This document shows positions 25,647 to 36,400 of a DNA stretch of 37,910 nucleotides, piece after piece. Positions within the stretch are counted from its first letter, which is position 1. Each line of letters opens with the position of its first letter. Location of the stretch: positions 1-37,910 of the forward strand of contig NIVC01004692.1 of assembly GCA_002269645.1 (NCBI GenBank), given 5' to 3'. Made by a program: the position numbers and the translations under genes. Origin of the DNA: Macrostomum lignano. Taxonomy: Eukaryota. The notes beneath the pieces were generated by a model, which was not told where the DNA came from, did no database searches, and saw nothing but the letters and a program-made list of their open reading frames with translations.

Positions 25647-26073
25647 GTGTGTGTCTGTCACGCACCTGGAATTCCTTGAACAGCGGCCTGGGCTGGGGCG
25701 GCTCGACAACAAAGTCGAAGTTGTTCCGCTGAGCGAAGGGCAGCAGCAGCAGCAGGCAGGCGGCAGCGGCGGAGACCAGTTCGGTCACGTGATCGGCCAG
25801 GACTGTCAGCTGCAGCACCGCCGAGCAGCAGAGAAGACCGGCTTCAAGCCAGCCAATCAGACGCAACAGACGACTGTTGCCATGGCAACAGCATCGCAGC
25901 TGAGCGGTCAGCGCTAGCAGCAGACAGGGCAGGGTGAGATGCAGCCAGATTTCCACCAGACTGCATCCGCCGTGACCCGAGACGAACGCTTCGTGCGCGG
26001 CTTTTCGAGTCGCCTTGTCGCCATGGTTACTAGGGCTACTACTAATATTAGTTAACGTTGCCATGGAGACCAT
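22051..26073 (-). CDS. PIGW: Phosphatidylinositol-glycan biosynthesis class W (GWT1; GlcN-PI inositol acyltransferase), 4 exons, about 479 aa
   Basis: Exons 26073-25666 (…KAAHEAFVSGHGG…FKEFQ), 25303-25040 (ALLLLQTSVAILAVDFPAMPRRLAKAE..GVGLMDVG…NYQ), 24637-24331 (EHVTEYGVHWNFF…NKEGLMSL…), 22511-22051 (…PSRLLFNAGF…FLLANLLTGAVNL…*). GT-AG, phase-consistent, with hallmark GWT1 motifs. The start codon is uncertain (26073, 26064, or 26024 if one base is missing). Confidence 0.93.
22735..24115. repeat. 27-bp minisatellite (atagatcccagtctatagatacactac) in PIGW intron 3, split by the RTE insertion (22735-22850 and 23769-24115)
   Basis: The same unit is present on both sides of the RT fragment. Confidence 0.9.
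22857..23769 (+). mobile_element. 5'-truncated RTE-clade LINE: uninterrupted RT C-terminal ORF (22866-23726) plus a short 3'UTR with a TTG/GTT tail; antisense within PIGW intron 3
   Basis: LGYADDLALL catalytic motif, GLVVNTQKT, FVYLGG, VLLYNAETW and RLQLAGHV are typical of the RTE RT C-terminus. No endonuclease or N-terminal RT is present. No convincing TSD was seen. Confidence 0.9.
24755..24985. repeat. Degenerate low-complexity repeat (aaatccccaagatgag-like), PIGW intron 2
   Basis: Direct reading. Confidence 0.75.
25382..25659. repeat. (TCTG)n microsatellite, PIGW intron 1
   Basis: Direct reading. Confidence 0.95.
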
Positions 26074-26438
26074 AAATTTCGAACGTATTAATCAACAGGT
26101 AGCTGGAGAACAGGCAGTAGAGATAGCGGAACCAGACCAGCTGACTGAGGTGGTGCCGCATGCAGCGCAGCGGCGTCAGGAGGCGGCTGGGAAGCGTGAC
26201 GAAGAGGGCCGTCGCCGGCGAGGGGTCCGAATGCGACAGAGAATGCTCCAGCAGGGCCGGCAGGATGGCCAGGACACCTGCAAGGCGTTTGTGAACGAAA
26301 AGAGTGGCGCTCGGTTAGGCTACGATGTGTCTGCGTTGTGAGAGCGGCCGCTTGATTGACAGACAGACAGAGAAACACGGACAAGCATAAATAATGGACA
26401 GCAAGAGAGAAGCAGGCAGACAGCCGGAGACATACACT

Positions 26439-26520
<82 letters not shown>

Positions 26521-26525
26521 CACAA

Positions 26526-26566
<41 letters not shown>

Positions 26567-27770
26567 CTAAGACAGACAGACAGACAGACATGATAAACAG
26601 ACAGACAGTCAGATAGACATTAAGAGACAGACAGACACACATAACAGACAGACAGAAAGACACACTAAGACAGACACAGACAGACAGCCATGATAAACAG
26701 ACATTAAGATAGACATTAAGAGACAGTCAGACAGACAGACAGACAGACAGTCAGACAGACACAGACAGACAGACACAGACAGACAGACAGAAAGACAGAC
26801 ACACAAAGACAGACAGAGAGGCAGACAGACAGACAGACAGACAGGCAGACAGACAGACAGACATGACACACAGACAATCAGCTCACCCGAATACTTCCTA
26901 GCCAGTCCGACAGTCCTCAGCAGCAGCACAGGCACAGGCCTATCCCGACGCAGTCGGTGGCTGGCGCAGCGGCTCAGAGCCCAGCGTTGCAAAGCCCTGT
27001 GATTGGCGTGGCCGCTCACTCCGCCGCTGTCAAAGGTGGCTAAGCAGTCAATCTGCCACTCGTCAATCAGTCCAGATACGCAATCGTCAATATGAGCCGC
27101 CTGCCAATCAACCGAGTTGCTATCCGGAAGTCTAGAATCGTTCACTATTCGAAGCCTATTGACCGACTGTCCGAACCCTTCGGTCCAAGCGAGTGTCAGC
27201 TCGGACACGCGAATATCGCCAAGTCCGTAATAATTGCCGGTGGATAAGCAGGCCAGATACAGTTCCCAACGATGGTTGCTAGGCGACTCAGACTGGGCGG
27301 ATAGGGCCAACAATAGAGGCGCAAAGAACATGCATTCGTCGTCCGGATGAGCGGTAACCAATAGCAACCGGAGAGGCGACTGTTCAGATGTGGCTGCGCT
27401 CTGTGCGAAAAAGGGTGTCAGACTCTGTTTTAGAATCTGAGAGGGTGTCAGACTCTGTTTGAGAATGAGAGGGTGTCAGACTCTGTTTGAGAATGAGAGG
27501 GTGTCAGACTCTGCTTGAGAATCTGAGAGGGTGACAAACCCTCGAGAACTCTTACCGACAGAAAAGGCCATATCAGATAAATAAAAACCTCCTCACCTGG
27601 CCTCTCAAGCCAATTAGCTGGTTGCCAAGTCGCAGCAAGCAATTATTACTCAAACGACAAGCTATCAGGTAGACTGCAACAATCAGTACTGTGAGAGATA
27701 TTAACAGAATTGACAGCGTCAGGTGCGACGGCTGAGTGGGGGAATCACCTGCCGAACTTGGTAGCTGGGA
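26048..27770 (-). CDS. PIGL: N-acetylglucosaminyl-phosphatidylinositol de-N-acetylase (GPI12), 3 recognisable exons, start codon not in the first of them
   Basis: Exon ~27770-27597 (signal anchor [22 protein letters not shown]), exon 27400-26887 ([16 protein letters not shown]…GNYYGLG…[13 protein letters not shown]…RKYS), exon 26277-26048 (GVLAIL…[28 protein letters not shown]…VN*). The HPDDE and HxxH metal motifs and the SQLxWFRxLY C-terminal motif are conserved, and splice phases are consistent (0, 1). Confidence 0.93.
26358..26875. repeat. (AGAC)n microsatellite, last intron of PIGL
   Basis: Direct reading. Confidence 0.95.
27411..27535. repeat. About 26-bp short tandem repeat (gagggtgtcagactctgtttgagaat), 4-5 copies, PIGL intron
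   Basis: Direct reading. Confidence 0.85.
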
Positions 27771-27864
27771 CTGAAAATGGTGTTTAGCGAGTAGACTGCA
27801 GACTTTTTTTACCAAATACCTGGGGTAATGCAATACCTATTACAGGATTACAGGCCAATCTAAA

Positions 27865-28820
27865 ACCACTTACAAGACACCTTCAGCCACTTACAAGACA
27901 CCTTCAGCCACTTACAAGACACCTACAGCCACTTACAAGACACCCACACCCACTTACAAGACACCCAGACACACTTACAAGACACCCACACCCACTTACA
28001 AGACACCCACTTACAAGACACCTACCACCCACTTACAAGACACCCACACCCACTTACAAGACACCCACTTACAAGACACCTACCACCCACCTAAAAGACA
28101 CCTACAACCACTTACAAGACACATGCAACCACTTACAAGACACATGCAACCACTTACAAGACACATGCAACCACTGACAAGACACCTACCACCCACTTAC
28201 AAGACACCTACACCCACTTACAAGACACCTACACCCACTTACAAGACACCTACCACCCACCTAAAAGACACCTACAACCACTTACAAGACACATGCAACC
28301 ACTTACAAGACACCTACCACCCACTTACAAGACACCTACACTCACCTACAAGACACCTACCACCCACTTACAAGACACCTACACCCACATAAAAGACACC
28401 TACAACCACTTACAAGACACATGCAACCACTTACAAGACACCTACCACCCACTTACAAGACACCCACACCCACTTACAAGACACCTACACCAACTTACAA
28501 GACACCTACCACCCACCTACAAGACACCCACACCCACTTACAAGACACCTACCACCCACCTAAAAGACACCTACCACCCACCTAAAAGACACCTACAACC
28601 ACTTACAAGATACCCACTTACAAGACACCTATACCCACTTACAAGACACCTACACCCACTTACAAGACACCTACACCCACTTACAAGACACCCACACCCA
28701 CTTACAAGACACCCACTTACAAGACACCTACCACCCACTTACAAGACACCCACACCCACTTACAAGACACCTACACCAACTTACAAGACACCTACACTCA
28801 CCTACAAGATACCTACATCC
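27865..28820. repeat. About 21-bp degenerate minisatellite (cacttacaagacacctacacc), upstream of the PIGL anchor exon
   Basis: Direct reading. Confidence 0.92.
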
Positions 28821-29057
28821 ACTTGCACGATACCACCTACAATCCTTAAAAGATTTCAAAGGCGATTCAGTACAAATTTCAGAAATTGAATAAACAAGAG
28901 AGTCGCAAAATCACTTCTAATACCGTTTAAATTCAACGAGGTAAAAACGGAATAAATCAGAAGCAAAACTTCTCGTTCAACCGAGCTGACAAAGCGATAT
29001 CTATATTTAAAAAATATGTATATTTACAAACAGAAATAGGCAGACAGAAACCAGTTA

Positions 29058-31249
29058 CCCGGTTAAAAAAAAGACGGTCGCCAAAATGGCTTGCGACTGT
29101 TCATTCCGCGACCGTTGGTCGACCGTATGTCGACCGTTCGTCGACCGTTGCCTGTCACGCGTCGACCGTTGATTTTCGACCGTCGTTTTCGTCGACCTTT
29201 GCGACTAACAATGCGACCGTTTGGGGACCTACTCCTGCGACCGTTCCTGCGACCGTCCATCGACCGTTCCCACGACCGTCCATCGACCATTCCCGCGACC
29301 GTCCATCGACCGTTCCCACGACCGTCTATCGACCGTTCCCACGACCGTCTATCGACCGTTCCCGCGCCCGTTCCTGCGACCGTCCATCGACCATTCCTGC
29401 GACCGTCCATCGACTGTTCATCGACCGTTCCTGCGACCGTTCATCGACCGTTCCTGCGACCGTTCATCGACCGTTCCTGCGACCGTTCATCGACCGTTCC
29501 TGCGACCGTTCATCGACCGTTCCTGCGACCGTCCATCGACTGTTCATCGACCGTTCATCGACCGTTCCTGCGACCGTTCATCGACCGTTCCTGCGACCGT
29601 CCATCGACTGTTCATCGACCGTTCCTGCGACCGTTCCTGCGACCGTTCCTGTGACCCGTCCTGCGACCGTTCGTCCTCCTTTCATCGACCGTTCAGCGAC
29701 TGTTTGGATTGCTCCGGCGACCCTTCGTCGCCCTAGATCGTATTGTGTTCTAAAAGTCTAAAAATGAAAAAAAGCGTGTAAAGACGGAAACTTTCTTTCG
29801 CTACTAATTATTACTTTCGACAAATTGAAGATTTAACGCGTCGAAAATGTAGGAAGCGTAGACAGTGTAGACATTCTTCCCTGTTTATTTTCTACTTTTT
29901 GTTATCAATAATACCAAAAAACAAAAACATTTGCGTATATAAACGAAGCGCATAAAGGAACAAATGCCAAAGGAGTGACAGAGAAGTGGCCAGACGGAGG
30001 GGAGAGATGAAATTGTAAGATGGGTATTTTAGGTTAATGCAGTGCTAAATGCTAAACGCCCAGGCGCATGTGTCTCGCATTTTCGGAAACTGCACGTTCA
30101 AATTCGTGTGAGCAAGTAATTAATAGCTACATACTTCACGCTGCTCGCGAACATTTGTGACACTAATTATAACTACTGCTTTAACTGCTATAACTGCTAC
30201 TGCTATAACTATAACTATTGCTGCTGCTATTTTACCCACCACGGCTGCTCCGTGTTGGGCAAGTAGCATAAATTTTTAAATATCGAGCTGGTGCTAGATT
30301 TAATGTAGGTGGAGTAAGGGAAAGAAAAAACTGGTGCTCACATTGCCCAAGTAGGAAATTGCCACGAGCAAGTGTTAGTTTAAGTAGTAAAAAAATAATT
30401 CATTTTTTCAATAACTTGCCACACACTGAAGCTGCTGCACTTGTTGCCGTTTCGTTGTTGGTTTATTGTGCTGTTCTAGATGAATAAATACATTCGTCAC
30501 ATATATGGAATTCCATCATCTATGGTAGTGTCACTGAAAGGTGTGGAATAATGGCCACATCGATTAATTATTGCTTCTGGCTAAAAGTATACATACAATG
30601 AGAGAACACAAGCGTCAGGTAAAATGCACAGGTTCGTATAATGGAACAACAAATGTAATTAAGTAGTTGGGCTCCGTAGTAGGATGGGATAAAGCTAGGA
30701 TAGGCTTAGAAAACGAGGCACAGTTTGCCATGAATGAAAAATATACGAATGTTTTGTTATGAAAGCAGAAAATGGCAGAAAGGCCCCTTAATTAGAGGCA
30801 CAAAATGCAGAAAATACTTTTATAAGGGATATAAGGCTTCAGTAAAAGGGACTTGCAGCATATTGGAAGTTTACCTGGAGCTGATTACACACGTCTATTT
30901 TTATAGGATTAGTTTCATTTTCAGGAAGTACTTCCAATAGACAGTATGCCTTTCTTAATCCCGTAAATATAAGGTAGCATAAAAAACATATAGTTAAAAT
31001 CGTGACATGGGTCAGCTGGCGTTCTGCAGAAACAATTTTCAACGTGTCCCGATCCGATTTCGTAGCTTCCATTGCGAATAGACGACCTGATCATGTGCTT
31101 CTTTCCATACGTTGTTGGACATTAAGTCACTTGCACTTTTTCATTCTCTAAGTAGCTAAGTAAAGAAAGGGCAAAAACGATGAGTTGGTGAAGCCATCGT
31201 GGGGGGGGCTTCTCAAGGCGGATTTTTCTGCAACTGTTTCCACCTGGCT

Positions 31250-31322
<73 letters not shown>

Positions 31323-31399
31323 GAGAGAGAGACAGAGAGAGAGACAGAGAGAGAGACAGACAGAGAGAGAGACAGAGAGGGAGAGAGAGAGATCCAGAG

Positions 31400-31462
<63 letters not shown>

Positions 31463-32657
31463 TAGATAGAGAGAGATCTGTAGAGGGATAGAGGCAGTTC
31501 TCCCTCCATCTGGATCTCTCTTTAATGTAGCCAGACTCCGTGACATACGGAGGGATCTAGAGTGACAGACGGAAAAGAACATGGACGGTTAATTTATTAC
31601 GAAACGACTGTGGTAACGTATTCCTTGGGTATATTAAAAGGGTCGACCTCTACAAACGAGCTCATTACCCTCGTTAGCCTTTTAACCCTCGAGGGTTGTT
31701 ACTTTTCCACCCATGGTATGTATAACCACGATCAGTTTCTATGATGCGACGAAGACGAGGGCCCCATAGGCCTTCCCAGTAGAAACTAAGCCGCCCCCTA
31801 GGCGGCTTTGCCGCCTTCGCCAGCACCTCCGACGGTGGCTTCTGCGCTGACGCTGGCCGCCCGCTCGGCGGCGTTGCCGCCTTCGCTGGCCGCCCCCTCG
31901 GCAGCGTTGCCGCCTTCGCTGGCCGCCCCCTCGGCAGCGTTGCCGCCTTCGCTGGCCGCCACCTCGTCAGCGTTGCCTCCCGAGGATGCTTCACTGACAT
32001 CGTCGCCGTCGTCGCAGGCGTCGACGCCTGCTTCAGCAGCTGTGCCATCCGAGGGCTCCGTGGCGGTGGCCTCGGAGCCCTCGGTGGGAAAAACGGTCGA
32101 AAGAGTGGTCGATAAAACGGTCGACGGACGGTCGACGAAACGGTCGACGGACGGTCGACAGAACAGTGGACAGAACGGTCGACAGATGGTCGCAGAGACG
32201 GTCGCCGAGATGGTCGACAAGACGGTCGACAGAACGGTCGGCAAGCCGGTCGGCAAAACGGTCGACAAAACGGTCGACAGACGGTCGACAGACGGTCGAC
32301 AGACGGTCGCAGAGACGGTCGCAGAGACGGTCGCAGACAAGGTCGCAGACAAGGTCGCAGAGATGGTCGAAGTAACGGTCGCAGAGACGGTCGCAGAGAC
32401 GGTCGCAGAAGAACGGTCGCAAAAACAGTCGACGGAACAGTCGCTACCAACGGTCGCATGCCACGGTCGCAAGAATTAGTCGCACAGTCGCACACATCGA
32501 CCGTGCAGAATGGTCGACTACTCGGTCGTTCACATGGTCGCATCCGGCGACCGTGCTTAACGGGCGCTGGAATGGTCGCAATAATAGTCGACGCCGGCCA
32601 TCACGGTCGCAGGACGGTCGAGGGCCCTGAAATGCGACCGTTATTTTTTTAACCGGG
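29058..32657. mobile_element. 3.6-kb non-autonomous DNA transposon (foldback-like) with 24-bp TIRs, TTA TSD and inverted subterminal heptamer arrays
   Basis: Left end 29058-29081 CCCGGTTAAAAAAAAGACGGTCGC; right end 32634-32657 reverse-complements to CCCGGTTAAAAAAATAACGGTCGC (22/24 identical). TTA flanks both ends. CGACCGT arrays at about 29090-29700 mirror ACGGTCG arrays at about 32095-32625. No transposase ORF was seen. Confidence 0.82.
31257..31482. repeat. (GA)n/(GAGACA)n microsatellite inside the transposon
   Basis: Direct reading. Confidence 0.95.
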
Positions 32658-33441
32658 TTACTCAGTTACGTTGTTTTGCAGAAGATGATGCTAACGGACA
32701 AACAAACACAGAGGCAAGCAGAGAAAAATGTGAGAAATCTGATTTTTTAGCACAACAACAAATTAACAGCAAAAGCACACAGCAGGAAAAGTAAGATTAT
32801 AAAAAACATAATACACATAAAAATGAGTATTCTAACAACAGGACAACAGCCCTAGTGTTACTTGCTTAAAAGCGTGTTCAGCAAATTGGTCAATATAAGT
32901 ACTCGTAGACAGCAAGAAAGGCGATTGAAAAATAAAGAACCGAGGCAACATTTACGGTATACATACTACTCAGCAGGCAGGCGAGATTTAAGTAGTACAG
33001 ACTGGACGTTAGTTGACAGATTATTTTTTTCTGCTGGGAAACAAAAAATGAGCTTTTAAATAAACAGAGCTTTGTTAATTTTTCATGCCAAGAATCACAC
33101 CAACATCGTCACTCATACACACAGCTCACACAGGGCGTAAAGCGGCCCTCACCACGGGTGTAAATCGCACAACCAATCCACCTGGTCAATCTGGATGGTA
33201 AGAATCATCAGAGCCTAAAGTGGTTCAACTGCACAATCCCCCGAAGAGGGACACTTGAGCTAGTCCACATATACTAAAATTTCCAACACTTTCTTACCAA
33301 TTCCTAAGCACTCGTTAGAGAACAAAATTTGTTGCATTTTCTAGAAACACACATATAATAAATCACAGCTCAGCTGCTGTCACGGTGGAAACAAGCTTCA
33401 CAAATTGTCCTAGATTCAATAATATACAATGACCGACCGTG

Positions 33442-36400
33442 TTACTGACTCAGACGCGGATCTTTGGTTGGTGGACGCTTAGGTGTAGGCGACGGCGACG
33501 GAGCAAACGCAATGAAGCCATCGGAGTGCTTGTACTGCTCGGCATTGTCATAGTTGATCCGATGCAGATGGCCTGAACTGGTTGAATCTGTCCCCATTGA
33601 CCTCAGACTGTTGAGACGGCCGCCCATGGCTTCTAGGATAGCCTGGCCAGCGCATAGATCCCATTTTTTGATCGGACCCGCGTGGAGATAGTTGTCAGCT
33701 AATCCCTGAATGAACAACCAAGTGGGGATTTTAGTAGTATATTAATAACCTATGAATATATGAAACACTCAAATTTTTAAGACACCCGAATGGCTCATGT
33801 CGATTACAAGACTACAGATACAATGCAAAATTCATTCTAAAAAACCGTCAGCGGATGCTGAGATGCTGAATGACTCACATGGAGTTTATAAAATACAAAA
33901 TGACTTATAGGGAATTGCTAAGATTCCAAACGGCTCATGGGGAATCGTTAGGATGCCAAGTGGCTCATCGGGAATCGCCCTGATACCAAGTGGCTCATGG
34001 GGAATCGCTAGGATGCCAAGTGGCTCATGGGGAATGGCTAGGATGCCAAGTGGCTCATGGGGAATGGCTAGGATGCCAAGTGGCTCATGGGGAATGGCTA
34101 GGATGCCAAGTGGCTCATGGGGAATGGCTAGGATGCCAAGTGGCTCATGGGGAATGGCTAGGATGCCAAGTGGCTCATGGGGAATGGCTAGGATGCCAAG
34201 TGGCTCACGGGGAATCGCTAGGATGCCAAGTGGCTCATGGGGAATCGCTAGGATGCCAAGTGGCTCACGGGGAATCGCTAGGATGCCAAATGGCTCATGG
34301 GGAATCGCTAGGATGCCAAGTGGCTCATGGGGAATGGCTAGGATGCCAAGTGGCTCATGGGGAATGGCTAGGATGCCAAGTGGCTTACGGAGAATCGCTA
34401 AGATGCCAAGTGGCTCATGGGGAATGGCTAGGATGCCAAGTGGCTCATGGGGAATGGCTAGGATGCCAAGTGGCTCATGGGGAATGGCTAGGATGCCAAG
34501 TGGCTCATGGGGAATGGCTAGGATGCCAAGTGGCTCATGGGGAATGGCTAGGATGCCAAGTGGCTCACGGGGAATCGCTAGGATGCCAAGTGGCTCACGG
34601 GAATCGCTCTGATACCAGAGTTTCTAAAGAAGTGTTTAGATACCAAGACTTATAGAGAACGGCCTGTCACGCGGTGCAAGCTTGAAGTAGTTTAACTGCA
34701 CAATCCCCCGAAGAAACACACACTAGTCTACATATACTAAAATTTCCAAACTTTTTTCTTACCTTACTAAGCAGCAGTAGTTTATAACCCGCCCCAGCAG
34801 CCGATAACAAGTCGACGGACTCGTTAGGGAACAATTTTCTAGCCGTGCTATTCAACTGAGCGCCCCGATGACTGCGCGAAATCAGCACCCGCCTTCGTCG
34901 GTGACTCTTATCGGCGGCGCCTTTGATGTGTAAGTCCGATTTTAATACGTGCTTATCCAGCACAATAGGCAAATTTAATTGCTCTTTTAGACTGTCGGAT
35001 ACGCGAGAATTGCGCCAAGCCCAATAGGTTTTATTAGCGAATGGAAAATGCAGCACGCCTAGCAGGGGTGTGCCTCGGTAGGCCACGCACACCTGTTTTA
35101 GAGGTATTGTTGCTTGCTTATTACTTCATTGTGCGATTTCTAACTAATTAACTAAATCTCTTTCTCCCCCTCTAACTCATTGTCTCTATGCTGCATTTCA
35201 CTGTCTCTCTGCCTCTATCTCACCGTCTCTCGGCCTCTATCTCACCGTCTCTCGGCCTCTATCTCACCGTCTCTCTGCCTCTATCTTGCTCTCTCTCTGC
35301 CTCTATCTCACTGTCTCTGCCTCTATCTCACTGTCTCTGCCTCTATCTCACTCCCTCTCCGCTTCTATCTCACTATATCTCTGCCTCTATCTCACTGTCT
35401 GCCTCTATCTCACTGTCTGCCTCTATCTCACTGTCTCTCTGCCTCTATCTTACTCTCTCTCTGCCTCTATCTCACTGTCTCTGCCTCTATCTCACTGTCT
35501 CTCTGCCTCTATCTTACTCTCTCTCTGCCTCTTTCTCACTGTCTCTGCCTCTATCTCACTGTCTCTCTGCTTCTATCTCGCTATATCTCTGCCTCTATCT
35601 CACTGTCTCTGCCTCTATCTCACTGTCTCTCTGCCTCTATCTTACTCTCTCTCTGCCTCTATCTCACTGTCTCTGCCTCTATCTCACTGTCTCTCTGCTT
35701 CTATCTCACTGTCTCTCTTCCTCTATCTCACTGTCTCTCGGCCTCTATCTCACTGTCTCTCTGCCTCTATCTTACTCTCTCTCTGCCTCTATCTCACTGT
35801 CTCTGCCTCTATCTCACTGTCTTTCTGCCTCATCGCAACGTCTATCTCTGTCTATCTCACGGCATCTGCGTCTAGCTTTTCCTGACATCCCGGTCTCAAT
35901 AGCTCCTATATTTTACTCACGTATAAGCACATATTAGCAGTTAGATTTCAAGCCTCTAAGTTAATAAGTTTATTCGTCTTTTTGGCCATCTATTAATAAA
36001 TGTTAAGCCGGCTTGGTAATTAAAAACGCACCTGAACAGACACGTACTGCAGCAGGTGCTCAGTAAACTCTTGCGTACCATCAAGCGGATCCACCCACAC
36101 CAGCACATCGTTAGAATTGACAAAGAAGTCGTGTCTCAAAGGCTCCAAATCTGGATGGCGATGACTGGCTAAAGCCAGGGCCCGATAATCCACTGGGGCC
36201 GATTGTGACTCCTCCGACACAACATGTAACCATGGAAACGATTTATGAAATCCGAATACTAATTCGGCATTCGAAGCTAAATCCGCCTTAGTAACTGGGG
36301 GCGCCGAGTCGCTAATCTGAGCACTGGATTTATTAATTTTTGCTGCCGCTCGATGCCGCAAAATCTGTTGGCCAGCTCGTTCGCACAGCTCAATGCTGAC

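Noticed and set aside
25350-26663. CLSV/TDRQ ORFs around PIGW and PIGL
   Set aside because: Read-through of (TCTG)n/(AGAC)n intronic microsatellites.
28100-28440. GTTGCATG on the minus strand as a spliced-leader RNA gene
   Set aside because: It matches only the last few bases of a flatworm SL, is not followed by GT, has no Sm site or stem-loops, and is part of a minisatellite variant.
29063-29736. Arg/Pro-rich ORFs in the left arm (and 31674-32543 in the right arm) as a transposase
   Set aside because: They are translations of the heptamer arrays; no DDE or DNA-binding motif is recognisable.
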